Counted from the stretch's first letter, positions 1 to 9,884 are shown. The stretch is DNA of 64,000 nucleotides from Bacteroidota bacterium (GCA_020052095.1 JAGVPT010000185.1:4769-68768), one strand, 5' to 3'. Notes: generated by a model from the letters alone, not told the origin. Numbers and translations: made by a program.

Positions 1-1518
1 AAAGCCGCGAGATTCTCCACCAGTAGAGGCCATCGTCTGCGTCTTGAGATATTCGGGGCGCGTCGGAAAATTATCAACGTCCGCCGCAATTTTTCTGATA
101 TAGTCTACAACGAGCGATTGGCCTCCATAGTTTATTTTATCGGCGTCATCCGACGGCTTGTGGTAGTCGTCGTGAACGCCGGTGAAGAAGAAAAGAATCG
201 GCATATTCGCTCCATAGAATGATGCGTGGTCGCTCGGACCGAATCCATCCTTTACGGTTTTCAATACAAACGTCGAATCAGCGTTGTATTTCGAAAGGAG
301 GGAATCCCACTTGGACGACGTGCCTGTTCCCTGCACGGTCAACGTTCTGTCCTTCAGGCGTCCGACCATGTCGAGATTGATCATCATGATCGCATTTCCC
401 AATGACATCACGGGATGTTTCACGTAGTATTGCGAGCCGAGCAATCCTTCTTCTTCGCCGGAAAACGAGATGAACACCACGTTGCGTTTCAAAGACGTTT
501 TGCGCGACGAGAGCAAACGCGCAAGTTCAATTATGCCGCTCGTCCCCGAAGCGTTGTCATCGGCACCGTTATGGATTTCCACCTTGTCGGGTGCGAGTGA
601 GCCCTCGCCTCCAAAGCCGAGATGATCGTAATGGGCCCCGATGATCAAATGTTCCGCATTCGTCGTGTCCGCGACCCGAAGAAGTCCGATGACATTTGCC
701 GTTGTGTCTTTGAGTTCGATGATGTCGGAGGAGAGGGAAAGAGTGATGCCTGGGATTTCAAACGACGTCGGTTGTTTGGTGGCATTGATTCTTGACTGAA
801 GCGAGTCAAGATTTGTGCGTGATTGTTTGAGCCATCCATTGATGACGTTTCGCGTTACACTAAATACCGGAATTCCGCTGCTGCTGAAAGAATTGTCGTA
901 CCGCAATCTAATGAGTTGATCGGACGAGTCATCCGCAGAGCCGGTGACAACGATAAGAGCTTTGGCGCCTTTCTCCCGTGCTGTGAGGGTTTTGTACCGC
1001 AACGGCAAATATTTACTGAAATCTGAATGTGGATTATCTCCCGCAGGCGAGTAGCGCATCGCGATCACGATTTTATCTTTGACATCGACATTCTCATAGT
1101 CATCATATTTTAGGTCCATTGAGCTGATACCGTAGCCGGCGAAAACGATCGAGCCGGCAGCTTCAGCGTTTGACGAGAAGGCGAGGGGACGGAAATCTTT
1201 GTCCAGTTGGTACCACGTCTTGTTTTTTTCTTTGAGCGTCATCAGGGAGTTTTTCTCTCCGAGCTTCACGCCAGCCGTGAAGATAAAGGTCTGGAGATAA
1301 TTTCCGTTGTCGCCGACAGGAACCAGCCCACACGACGCAAATTGTTTCGCGATGTAATCGGCAGCCAGCTCTGCTCCTTTGCTCCCCGATTTTCTTCCTT
1401 CCATCCCATCGGATGCCAGGTATTCGATATGATGCCGCAGATACACAGAGGTCGAGTCGTCGAGGGCGAAGACTCTGCATGTGAGGAAAATGGTCAAGAC
1501 GGCAAAGACTTTTCTCAT
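1..1518 (-). CDS. M28 family metallopeptidase with PA domain (3'-truncated by window edge; probably ends in a PDZ domain)
   Basis: Not in the ORF track because it runs off the window. Manual translation from ATG 1518 gives MRKVFAVLTIFLTCRVFA (signal), then YLASDGMEGRKSGSKG, IIGAHYDHLG, HNGADDNASGT, FSGEEEGLLGS and GPSDHASFY. Confidence 0.88.
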   Translation of the reverse strand, partial: MRKVFAVLTIFLTCRVFALDDSTSVYLRHHIEYLASDGMEGRKSGSKGAELAADYIAKQFASCGLVPVGDNGNYLQTFIFTAGVKLGEKNSLMTLKEKNKTWYQLDKDFRPLAFSSNAEAAGSIVFAGYGISSMDLKYDDYENVDVKDKIVIAMRYSPAGDNPHSDFSKYLPLRYKTLTAREKGAKALIVVTGSADDSSDQLIRLRYDNSFSSSGIPVFSVTRNVINGWLKQSRTNLDSLQSRINATKQPTSFEIPGITLSLSSDIIELKDTTANVIGLLRVADTTNAEHLIIGAHYDHLGFGGEGSLAPDKVEIHNGADDNASGTSGIIELARLLSSRKTSLKRNVVFISFSGEEEGLLGSQYYVKHPVMSLGNAIMMINLDMVGRLKDRTLTVQGTGTSSKWDSLLSKYNADSTFVLKTVKDGFGPSDHASFYGANMPILFFFTGVHDDYHKPSDDADKINYGGQSLVVDYIRKIAADVDNFPTRPEYLKTQTMASTGGESRGF

Positions 1519-1522
1519 AAAC

Positions 1523-2239
1523 TCAGCCTTTCGTAAAGTGTTGTGCGTCGAATGATTTTCCCGTGACGTGTTTTGATTCGTCCGAGGCGAGATAAACAAA
1601 AACGTCCAGGATCTCCTCTGGCTTGCGCAGGTCGCGCTGGTCTTCCTGCGGATACGCTTGGTGTCTCATCTCTGTTGCAACTGCGCCCGGGCTCACCGAA
1701 TTTACTCGAATGCCTTTCGAGCGAAGCTCTATTGACAACGCCTGCGAAAATCCTTCCGCGGCAAATTTCGAAACCCCGTACGCCCCCCAATTGGGCTGCG
1801 CAATTTTGCCGACTGATGACGATACGTTAATGATGGATCCTCCGGCGGGAGCGAAGAAGGGGAGAGCGTTCCTCGTCATATAAAAAAGGCCGTTCAGGTT
1901 TACGGAAAGCACTTTCGTCCATTCCTGCGACAAATATCCTGAGAGCGGAACGCGTGGGCCGAGAATGCCAGCATTGTTCACGAGGATGTCTATCGGTCCG
2001 AAGTTCGATGAACATAAGGCAAGGAAATCCCGCACTTGTCCCTCGTCGGAAATATCTGTCTGTTCGAAGAATGACTTTCCGCCTGAAGACATGATCTCCA
2101 GGCTCGCCGTGCGTAACTGGTCGACATGGCGTGCGCACATACAAACAACAGCCCCTTCCGACGCGAATCGCTTCGAAAGGGCTTTGCCGATCCCTCGCGA
2201 TGCTCCGCTGATGACCGCAACTTTGTTGGTGAGCTTCAA
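1523..2239 (-). CDS. SDR family oxidoreductase (YciK-like)
   Basis: GASRGIG, NNAG and YGVSK motifs. Start moved to TTG 2239 because the longer ORF overlaps the upstream gene. Confidence 0.88.
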   Translation of the reverse strand: MKLTNKVAVISGASRGIGKALSKRFASEGAVVCMCARHVDQLRTASLEIMSSGGKSFFEQTDISDEGQVRDFLALCSSNFGPIDILVNNAGILGPRVPLSGYLSQEWTKVLSVNLNGLFYMTRNALPFFAPAGGSIINVSSSVGKIAQPNWGAYGVSKFAAEGFSQALSIELRSKGIRVNSVSPGAVATEMRHQAYPQEDQRDLRKPEEILDVFVYLASDESKHVTGKSFDAQHFTKG

Positions 2240-2240
2240 G

Positions 2241-3251
2241 CTATTTCCAGTCTGCGACAAAAATATTGAACTCTCTCCGCTGCGTTGCATTGCGTCCGGA
2301 GGCGAAGACGAGCTTTTTTCCATCAGGACTGAACATCGGGAAACCGTCGAATGACTCGGAATATGTGACCTGCTCGAGATTCTTTCCGTCGACATCGATC
2401 AGGAAGACGTCAAAATTCCAGCCCTTGCTATCGTAAACGTTTGAGGAGAAAATTATTCGCATTCCATCGAGGGTAAAAAAAGGGGCGAAATTCGCAGCGC
2501 CGTTGTGCGTGATCTGTCGTTTATTTGAGCCTTCCGCATTCATCACGAAGATCTCCATGTTCGTAGGCTTGACCAATTGTTGGGCAAGCAATTCCTCTCC
2601 CTCTTTCCGGTCTTCCGGTCTCGTCGGGTGATGCGCGCGGTAGACAATTTGCTTCCCGTTGGGCGAGTAGAAGGCGCCGCCGTCGTAGCCTTTATCGAAG
2701 GTAAGCCTCTTTTGGTTCGTGCCATCGATGTTCATCGTATAGATCTCCAGATCTCCGTCCCTTGCGGAGGTGAACACGATCGATTTGCCGTCCGGCGAGA
2801 TTGTTCCCTCGGCGTCGTAGCCATCCGTGTCGGTAAGGCGCCGAAGGTCTGAGCCGTCTGCATTTGCGGAGAAAATGTCATAACTCTTGTAGACCGCCCA
2901 GACATAGCCTTTCGATCGGTCGGCGTCAGAAAGACAATCGCTGCTTCCCAAATGAGTCGATGCGTAAATAATCCGCTTGCCGTCTGGGAAGAAATATCCG
3001 CAAGTTGTTCTGCCAGTTCCTGTGCTTACTAGCGTGTCCCCAGTTCCGTCAACATTCATTGTAAAAATTCTGTCGCACCTATAGCCGCCTTTGGCTGATT
3101 GATAGATGAGCTTCGTTCCGTCGAAAGAAAAATAGGCCTCGGCGTTCAAGCCGCCAAAGGTGATCTGTTTGACATTCGTCAGATGTGTTTCCTTTTCGAC
3201 CTGTGAAAGTAGGACTGACGGAAGGAGAAGGAGGAACAGGCAGCGTTTCAT
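2241..3251 (-). CDS. Secreted TolB-like beta-propeller (PD40 repeats)
   Basis: Signal peptide followed by repeated F/YSPDGKxIxF/Y motifs. Confidence 0.88.
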   Translation of the reverse strand: MKRCLFLLLLPSVLLSQVEKETHLTNVKQITFGGLNAEAYFSFDGTKLIYQSAKGGYRCDRIFTMNVDGTGDTLVSTGTGRTTCGYFFPDGKRIIYASTHLGSSDCLSDADRSKGYVWAVYKSYDIFSANADGSDLRRLTDTDGYDAEGTISPDGKSIVFTSARDGDLEIYTMNIDGTNQKRLTFDKGYDGGAFYSPNGKQIVYRAHHPTRPEDRKEGEELLAQQLVKPTNMEIFVMNAEGSNKRQITHNGAANFAPFFTLDGMRIIFSSNVYDSKGWNFDVFLIDVDGKNLEQVTYSESFDGFPMFSPDGKKLVFASGRNATQRREFNIFVADWK

Positions 3252-3450
3252 CGGGAAGATCCTCTATATAGTGACCTGGAACATGATTAGGACGAGAGAT
3301 TTTTTTCAACACGGCAAAGAATCTGCTGATGGTGAGTCGAGAACTGACTAATGATACGAGTTGTCGTTGACATATTCAACATTTACATCGTATCGTGTAT
3401 ACATTCGTTGAAAAGAATTCTTTAATTGCATTGCAAGAACAATTTTCTTA

Positions 3451-3479
3451 TTGACAAACGTAACATATTTTGCTATATT
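3451..3479 (+). promoter_or_regulatory. sigma70-type promoter of the respiratory cluster
   Basis: TTGACA (3451-3456), N17, TATATT (3474-3479); 112 nt upstream of the ferredoxin ATG. Confidence 0.7.
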
Positions 3480-3591
3480 TTTTGCACAAAGTTGATGCAC
3501 CATACAGTGGGATGAGAAAAAGCCTTGATGGATTGCCGAACATCGAGGTCCTTGATACTACACCCAGAAAAATTCTACGATTCTCCATAGT

Positions 3592-3906
3592 ATGTCTGAA
3601 AACGTAACTGCCTTGCCAAAGGTCGCGACGCCGAAGAAGAAGAAAAAGTCGCCACTGGTAGCGATTGTCCATCCGGAAGGATGCACAGGCTGTGAAGTTT
3701 GCATCGAATTTTGTCCTGTCGATTGTCTCTACAAAGTACCCGGCCCCGAAAATCCTGGTGAACATTACAGCAATAATGTCAACGGAATCGTTATCGTTGA
3801 CGAAGAGGTTTGCATCGGCTGCAAACTCTGCGCAAAGTATTGTCCATGGGAAGTGATTGATATGGTTAAGCGCGAAGAAGATACCGCTGTTGCCGCAGCG
3901 GCATAA
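3592..3906 (+). CDS. 2x[4Fe-4S] ferredoxin
   Basis: CTGCEVCIEFCP and CIGCKLCAKYCP motifs; no signal peptide. Confidence 0.9.
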   Translation: MSENVTALPKVATPKKKKKSPLVAIVHPEGCTGCEVCIEFCPVDCLYKVPGPENPGEHYSNNVNGIVIVDEEVCIGCKLCAKYCPWEVIDMVKREEDTAVAAAA

Positions 3907-3975
3907 TTGTTTTTCTTCTTCAAACCCTGAATATCTATTCTACTGAATTTTCATTTTGTCAGAAAGAGTCAGTTG

Positions 3976-4605
3976 ATGGCTGATGATATAACCTCTTCTT
4001 CACAGACAGTACCGCCACAGCGACCGCAGGCGTTATCGCAAGAATCACAGATTTCCGCGACACCGATTCCGAAAAAACCCAAACAGGATCGCGCGCCCGA
4101 AAACGACCCCGGCATCTGGAGGATGGGACGGAAGAGCTTTCTCTCTTTCGCAGGGTGGCTTTCGTTTCTCGGTTTCATCGGAATTTCCACAGTTGGTGCG
4201 CTTCGATTCATGTTTCCTCGAGTCCTTTTTGAGCCGCCGAGCAAGTTCAAGGCGGGACTCCCCGGCGACTACGTTATTGGCGAGGTTAATGAAAAATACA
4301 CGGAAGAGCAGCGTATTTGGATAGTGCGCGAGCGAGAGGGTTTCTACGCGCTCATCGCTATTTGCACGCATTTGGGATGCACCCCTCGCTGGCTGACTGC
4401 CGAGAATAAATTCAAGTGTCCTTGCCACGGAAGCGGATATTACAAGGACGGGGTAAATTTTGAAGGGCCGACGCCACGGCCATTGGAGCGCGCGCAAATC
4501 ACGGTGAACGACGACGGAGAAATTGTAATTGATAAGAGCATCAAGTTTCGGTATGAGCTTGGCGAATGGGGAAAAGCGGGATCGTTTCTGAAATATGTCG
4601 GTTGA
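3976..4605 (+). CDS. Rieske [2Fe-2S] subunit of a Rieske/cytochrome b complex
   Basis: CTHLGC and CPCHGSGY boxes; Tat-like RKSFL followed by a TM helix; GPTPRPL. Confidence 0.93.
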   Translation: MADDITSSSQTVPPQRPQALSQESQISATPIPKKPKQDRAPENDPGIWRMGRKSFLSFAGWLSFLGFIGISTVGALRFMFPRVLFEPPSKFKAGLPGDYVIGEVNEKYTEEQRIWIVREREGFYALIAICTHLGCTPRWLTAENKFKCPCHGSGYYKDGVNFEGPTPRPLERAQITVNDDGEIVIDKSIKFRYELGEWGKAGSFLKYVG

Positions 4606-4628
4606 TTTTTTTTTGAAAGGATAGTCTC

Positions 4629-5408
4629 ATGATAAGTCCGATGGAGAAACTTCGGAAGACGGAAGTGTACAAGTCCATCTTTCGACATAAGTATGAGGAC
4701 ACGCCTCGAAATCGGGCACTCCAGATTGTCGACAACGTCTTCCTTCATCTTCATCCGGTGCGGGTTCCGCGTCATGCGACAAATATTGGATACACGTGGG
4801 GGATGGGAGGCATCACGTTTCTTCTTTTTCTCGTCCTGACGTTGACGGGCGTGATTCTGATGTTCTATTATCGGCCGACGGCGCAGTATGCGTACGAAGA
4901 TATGAAGTACTTGATGCATGATGTTCCGTTCGGTCCGCTCATCCGGAATATGCATCGCTGGGGGGCTCATGCAATGGTTATAACGGTTATGCTCCACATG
5001 TTTCGCGTTTTCCTCACCGGTTCATACAAGCCGCCGCGCCAATTCAACTGGGTCGTTGGTGTCGTTCTGCTTCTGCTGACTTTTCTTCTCAGCTTTTCGG
5101 GTTATTTGTTACCCTGGGATCAATTATCGATCTGGGCCGTCACGGTCGGAACAAACATGGCGCGCGCAACGCCGTTACTTGGGCATGAAGGTCCATTCGG
5201 ACCTCAACTAGGCATGCGCCCGGATGCTGACGTTCGTTTCGTCTTGCTGGGAGGAACACAAGTCGGCCCGCCGACATTGCTGCGATTCTATGTCGGTCAT
5301 TGCATCTTTCTTCCGCTCATCGCAACGATTTTTATGGTGGTGCATTTTTGGCGCATCCGAAAAGACGGAGGGATCTCTGGACCGGACACGGGCAAGAAGA
5401 ACTTTTAA
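4629..5408 (+). CDS. Cytochrome b, N-terminal (b6-like) subunit
   Basis: RNMHRW...LHMFRVF (H-x13-H), GYLLPWDQ, and GHCIF...VHFWRIRK (H-x14-H). Confidence 0.93.
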   Translation: MISPMEKLRKTEVYKSIFRHKYEDTPRNRALQIVDNVFLHLHPVRVPRHATNIGYTWGMGGITFLLFLVLTLTGVILMFYYRPTAQYAYEDMKYLMHDVPFGPLIRNMHRWGAHAMVITVMLHMFRVFLTGSYKPPRQFNWVVGVVLLLLTFLLSFSGYLLPWDQLSIWAVTVGTNMARATPLLGHEGPFGPQLGMRPDADVRFVLLGGTQVGPPTLLRFYVGHCIFLPLIATIFMVVHFWRIRKDGGISGPDTGKKNF

Positions 5409-5432
5409 TCCACTAGTCAACACCAAGAACTC

Positions 5433-6338
5433 ATGAACCATCTTTTAGAATTGGTAACGAAGCCGGACAATATTCCGATTGTCGGATTATTGCTGCTCGT
5501 AATTTTCTATTCGTGGCTTGCGTGGACGAAGGCGAGGAAGAACGACTCTCAACAGCTTCCAGACGAGGCACGGCTCGACGACAAAGTGCAAGTATGGCCG
5601 TACCTAGTTCGCGTTGAGTTCCTTGCGATGCTCGTCGTGCTCCTCATACTCGTCGTCTGGTCGGTGTTCATCAACGCGCCCCTGGAAGAACCGGCCAATC
5701 CGGCTCTGACACCAAATCCCTCGAAAGCACCATGGTATTTTTTGGGATTGCAGGAGTTGCTCGTCTATTTCGATCCATGGATTGCCGGCGTCGTGCTCCC
5801 CTCTATTATTATTGTCGGCTTAATGATCATCCCCTATGTGGATATCAACGAAAAAGGAAATGGGTACTACACATTCAAGGAGAGAAAGTTTTCGATACTG
5901 ACATTTTGTTTTGGATTTCTAATCCTGTGGGTTTCGTTGATCGTGCTCGGAACATTCATGCGGGGGCCTGGTTGGAATTTCTTCCTGCCCTGGCAAGATT
6001 GGGACACTCATAAAGTTGTCGTCTTGAACAACGTTGACCTATCCGAATATTTCGGGATGCCTTCTCACTTTCCGGATAACAGTCTCAACATTGCGGCATC
6101 AGCGTTTGGATTTCTGGTTATTGCTGCATTCTATCTCTCCCTTGGTGGCTGGCATTACATGAAATACAAGAACTCCGACGTTGTAAAGAAGCTCGGACTC
6201 GGACGCTACGCCCTCGTCCTTGGCCTTTTTCTGACGATGATGTTTGTTGTTTTGAAAATATTATTGCGTCTCGCTCCTCCGATTTTCGGAGGTTACCCGG
6301 TGAAATATATTTGGGTAACTCCGTGGTTTAATGTGTAA
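5433..6338 (+). CDS. Cytochrome b C-terminal / subunit IV-like protein
   Basis: APLEEPANPALTPNPSKAPWYFLGLQELL (PEWY-equivalent region); several TM helices; follows the b6-like gene. Confidence 0.88.
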   Translation: MNHLLELVTKPDNIPIVGLLLLVIFYSWLAWTKARKNDSQQLPDEARLDDKVQVWPYLVRVEFLAMLVVLLILVVWSVFINAPLEEPANPALTPNPSKAPWYFLGLQELLVYFDPWIAGVVLPSIIIVGLMIIPYVDINEKGNGYYTFKERKFSILTFCFGFLILWVSLIVLGTFMRGPGWNFFLPWQDWDTHKVVVLNNVDLSEYFGMPSHFPDNSLNIAASAFGFLVIAAFYLSLGGWHYMKYKNSDVVKKLGLGRYALVLGLFLTMMFVVLKILLRLAPPIFGGYPVKYIWVTPWFNV

Positions 6339-6359
6339 GGACACCTCCGTGAGGTGTCC
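6339..6359. other. Intergenic stem-loop without U-tract
   Basis: GGACACCTC-CGT-GAGGTGTCC perfect 9-bp stem directly after the stop codon. Confidence 0.5.
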
Positions 6360-6400
6360 CTACGAAATTGTTTTCTTAATCCCCTAAGGAGTTCCGGTCA

Positions 6401-8962
6401 ATGTTGCAGAAGCGAGCAGAGACCCCCATTGAAAATAGAAACTACTCGAAGTTCTATCTGATCTTCAGCGGTTTATTGTTTCTTTCGACTCTGTGGGCTG
6501 TGGTCGATGAAGTTGCAGTCCGCCGGCCATGGAAAACGTACCAGGGCGAGTATTACTCCTTAAGCGCGGAAAAAATCCGCGAACAGTACAGAGAGGCCAT
6601 GGCAGCGGTTGACAGTAGTGCAGCCGCTGAGTTGTCAAGCCAACTTGCCGAAGCGAACCAGAGGCTCGAGAGCAAAGAGTATAAAGACGCTGTGAAGAAG
6701 GCTGATGATCTTCAACTCGCGCTTGCGAATGCGACGCGCCGATGGAGCTTTGCGCGCAGCAATTCAGACGCGGCATACTACGAGTACAAGACAACGGTGC
6801 ATGAGGGACATCCGAGCGAGAATTTGAAAAAGAAATTGGATGACCTCGATAATGAAATCGCCGGATATGCAAAGGAGATGGCAGACATTAGTACACAGCT
6901 CCAGTTCGTGAACGCGATCCTCGGCGGTTATAAAAACACAGCGGATAGTCTTGACGTTGCCCTGAAGGCATTGTACGCCGATGCGCACAAACTTAAATCG
7001 AAGTTTGAAGGGATCAAGAAAAGTTCGATCGATATCCGTCAAGTCCTGTTGAACGATTTCGACAAGTCGAATTTCGGAGAAGTCAAGGCGCGCGTCGACC
7101 GATGCCAGACGTGTCATCTCGGTTACAGCGACAAAAACATGTCCGACGCACCGCAGCCGTTCACGACCCACTCGAATCCTGAATTGCTGACGATCCACAA
7201 TCCGGAAAAATTCGGATGCACGCCGTGCCATCGCGGGCAGGGGCATGCGTTGACCGCCGGTAACGCACATGGCGATACAGACCATTATTGGGAAACTCCG
7301 GTCCTTCGGGGCAAAGATGTATACGCATCGTGCAATACGTGCCATTCGATGCGTCAGGCACTGAAAGGTGTCCCGTATTTTTCGAAAGCAAAGCAGACTC
7401 TGCTCGAATCCGGATGTTACGGGTGTCATGAGATAAACGGATTTACAAACCTCCCGAAGATCGGACCTCAGCTCAACACTCTTCCTGCAAAAGTAAAACC
7501 GGAGTGGGTCTATCGTTGGATGCGTAATCCGAAAGAATACAATCCTCGTACGCGCATGCCGAACTTCAGGCTGAGCGAAGAAGAGTCCGAAGCAATCACG
7601 GCATATTTGTTCAGCATCGGGCAAGAGAGCAGTTTCAAATTGGATCGGCCGAAGGGATCATATGCGGGCGGTTCGGCTTCGCGGGGCAGAGAGATTTTTG
7701 AGCTTGTAGGATGCAAAGGATGCCATGTCGTGGGCGACGATGAACGGGTTCGCAACGCTCGTGCGTCGAGCTATGATATTGCTCCCGAGCTGACTCATGC
7801 AGCCGGAAAATTAAATCCTGATTGGATTATTGATTGGATTAAGAATCCTCGTCACTATAATCCTACGACAAAAATGCCGAGCCTTCGTCTCACCGATCAG
7901 GAAGCCCGCGACATCGCAGCATTCGTCATGACGATGCGGGATGACCGGCCCAAAGAGACCTTCACCGGAGACATCGCCTCACACGAGAAGATCGCGCGGG
8001 GAGCAAAAGTGATCCGGGAGTATGGATGCTTCGGTTGTCATGAGATCAAAGGGATGGAGAACGAAAGCAAAGTGAGCGTTAATCTTTCTGATTTTGGCAG
8101 AAAGAAAGTGGAGCAGATGGATTTCGGCGACACTAAAGTGCACCACACCTGGTACGATTGGGTCGGGAACAAGCTGAAGAATTCCCGCGTGTTCCAGACG
8201 GAGCGCATCGTGCAAAAGATGGCGGTGTTTGCTTTTTCGGATGAAGAAGTCAGCCAGCTGAGAATGTTACTGATGAGCTTCCGCGTCGACAATCCCCAGC
8301 CGAAGTATCAGGAACTCGTCACACAACGGTTAACGGACATTGACGCTGGCCAGAAGCTGACGATCCGATACGGTTGCATCAACTGTCATCAGCTCGAGGA
8401 GCGGGGAAGTTACTTCGGTGCACTTCTCGATGAACCGGCGAAGGGTCCGCCGATGATCACCATTGAGGGAGCAAAAGTACAGGAGCCCTGGCTCCAGGGA
8501 TTTCTGAAATCGCCGTCGCCCATCCGCCCGTGGCTGAAAGTTCGGATGCCGACATTTTCGCTGACGGAAGATGAAATCAACACCGTGACAAAATATTTTC
8601 TCGGTTTATCGAAAATGAATCTCGAATTGCGCGATTACGCCGCGTTTACTCCGGATCCGCATCTGTTGCCGGATGGGAAAAAACTGTTCACCGAGTTTCA
8701 GTGCATCAAATGTCATCAACTCGGCGGCGCGGAGATCGACCCGGCGAGCGTCGGTCCGAATCTTGAACTTGCGCGAGGCCGATTGAAACCGGAATGGGTA
8801 GTTTCGTGGCTCAAAAACCCCGAAGCAATCCAACCGGGTACCATGATGCCGGGGTATTTTCCCGACGGACAATCGCCGATGCCCGACGTCATGCATGGAG
8901 ATGCGAAGTTGCAGATGGAAGCAATTCGGGATCATCTGTTTACGCTCGGAAAGAAGAAATGA
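6401..8962 (+). CDS. Membrane-anchored octaheme cytochrome c
   Basis: N-terminal TM helix, long coiled coil and 8 CxxCH motifs (CQTCH, CTPCH, CNTCH, CYGCH, CKGCH, CFGCH, CINCH, CIKCH). Confidence 0.92.
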   Translation: MLQKRAETPIENRNYSKFYLIFSGLLFLSTLWAVVDEVAVRRPWKTYQGEYYSLSAEKIREQYREAMAAVDSSAAAELSSQLAEANQRLESKEYKDAVKKADDLQLALANATRRWSFARSNSDAAYYEYKTTVHEGHPSENLKKKLDDLDNEIAGYAKEMADISTQLQFVNAILGGYKNTADSLDVALKALYADAHKLKSKFEGIKKSSIDIRQVLLNDFDKSNFGEVKARVDRCQTCHLGYSDKNMSDAPQPFTTHSNPELLTIHNPEKFGCTPCHRGQGHALTAGNAHGDTDHYWETPVLRGKDVYASCNTCHSMRQALKGVPYFSKAKQTLLESGCYGCHEINGFTNLPKIGPQLNTLPAKVKPEWVYRWMRNPKEYNPRTRMPNFRLSEEESEAITAYLFSIGQESSFKLDRPKGSYAGGSASRGREIFELVGCKGCHVVGDDERVRNARASSYDIAPELTHAAGKLNPDWIIDWIKNPRHYNPTTKMPSLRLTDQEARDIAAFVMTMRDDRPKETFTGDIASHEKIARGAKVIREYGCFGCHEIKGMENESKVSVNLSDFGRKKVEQMDFGDTKVHHTWYDWVGNKLKNSRVFQTERIVQKMAVFAFSDEEVSQLRMLLMSFRVDNPQPKYQELVTQRLTDIDAGQKLTIRYGCINCHQLEERGSYFGALLDEPAKGPPMITIEGAKVQEPWLQGFLKSPSPIRPWLKVRMPTFSLTEDEINTVTKYFLGLSKMNLELRDYAAFTPDPHLLPDGKKLFTEFQCIKCHQLGGAEIDPASVGPNLELARGRLKPEWVVSWLKNPEAIQPGTMMPGYFPDGQSPMPDVMHGDAKLQMEAIRDHLFTLGKKK

Positions 8963-8969
8963 TTTACAC

Positions 8970-9053
8970 CCTTTGTGTCGTTGGCGTCCATTGCGGTTAG
9001 TCTTTAGTCAAATCAACGTGGAAACCGCCAAGGACGCAAAGAGAACAACAAGG
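8970..9053. repeat. Imperfect intergenic inverted repeat (REP-like)
   Basis: TTGGCGTCCATTGCGGTT ... AACCGCCAAGGACGCAAA are near reverse complements. Confidence 0.5.
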
Positions 9054-9090
9054 AATTTCAAATTCACATTTTTAACAACAAGGAGTAACA

Positions 9091-9789
9091 ATGAAGATAT
9101 TTAATAGCGCGTTGATGTCATTTGCAGTGTTATCCATTAGTACAGTGACAATGTACGCTGGAGATATAGCCGGAAAGATTTCTTTCGATGGGAAGGCGCC
9201 CGCAGTTTCGCAGATCAAAATGAATGCGGATAAACAATGCTTGTCCATGCACCCAAATCCAGTCAACTCGGAAGAAGTTGTCGTCAATGGAAACGGCACG
9301 CTGAAAAACGTCTTTGTGTACGTGAAGGACGGATTGAACAAGAAGTTCGACGTGCCGACGACTCCGGTCGTTCTCGACCAGCATGGCTGCCAGTACACGC
9401 CTCACGTGTTCGGCGTACAGGCCGGACAGTCAATCGAAATTCGCAACAGCGACCCGCTGCTCCACAATATTCACGCCCTGCCGAAGAACAGCCCGCAGTT
9501 CAACAATGCGCAGCCGTTGAAGGGCATGAAGATGACGAAGAAGTTCGACAAGCCGGAGATCATGGTAAAGTTCAAGTGTGAAGTCCACAACTGGATGAAT
9601 TGTTACGCGGGCGTAGTGGATAATCCGTTCTACGCAGTCTCCGACGACAAAGGAACATTCACGATCAAGGGACTTCCGGCAGGAACATATACTGTCGAAG
9701 CATGGCACGAAAAGTACGGAACACAGCAATTGAAAGTTACTGTGAGCGATAAGGGCGCGGCAGCAGATTTCAAATACGCAGGCAAGTAA
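9091..9789 (+). CDS. Secreted cupredoxin-like / carboxypeptidase-regulatory-like domain protein
   Basis: Signal peptide; HNIH and KCEVHNWM (H...C-x2-H-x2-M); C-terminal GTFTIKGLPAGTYTVEAWHE; AGGAG RBS. Confidence 0.8.
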   Translation: MKIFNSALMSFAVLSISTVTMYAGDIAGKISFDGKAPAVSQIKMNADKQCLSMHPNPVNSEEVVVNGNGTLKNVFVYVKDGLNKKFDVPTTPVVLDQHGCQYTPHVFGVQAGQSIEIRNSDPLLHNIHALPKNSPQFNNAQPLKGMKMTKKFDKPEIMVKFKCEVHNWMNCYAGVVDNPFYAVSDDKGTFTIKGLPAGTYTVEAWHEKYGTQQLKVTVSDKGAAADFKYAGK

Positions 9790-9884
9790 TTGAGATGGTG
9801 GATCGACTACGGTCCATCTCAAACAGAACTCACGTGTCATTCGGCTCACTCTAATCATCATACAGTAACCAAAAGGAAGTCACA

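Noticed and set aside
2240..2395. Extended N-termini given by the ORF track (SDR, and likewise tdk, sco, accC, yqeY, ribF, malK-like, tonB)
   Set aside because: The extensions overlap neighbouring genes or regulatory DNA and lack family similarity; downstream starts were chosen.
3360..3490. FNR or Rex operator upstream of the respiratory cluster
   Set aside because: GTTGA-CATAT-TCAAC has one base less than FNR spacing, and only a half Rex site (TGCACAA) is present.
4410..4445. Rieske Ser/Tyr (HGSGY) as evidence for a high-potential quinone
   Set aside because: These residues also occur in menaquinol-oxidising Rieske proteins, so they are not diagnostic.
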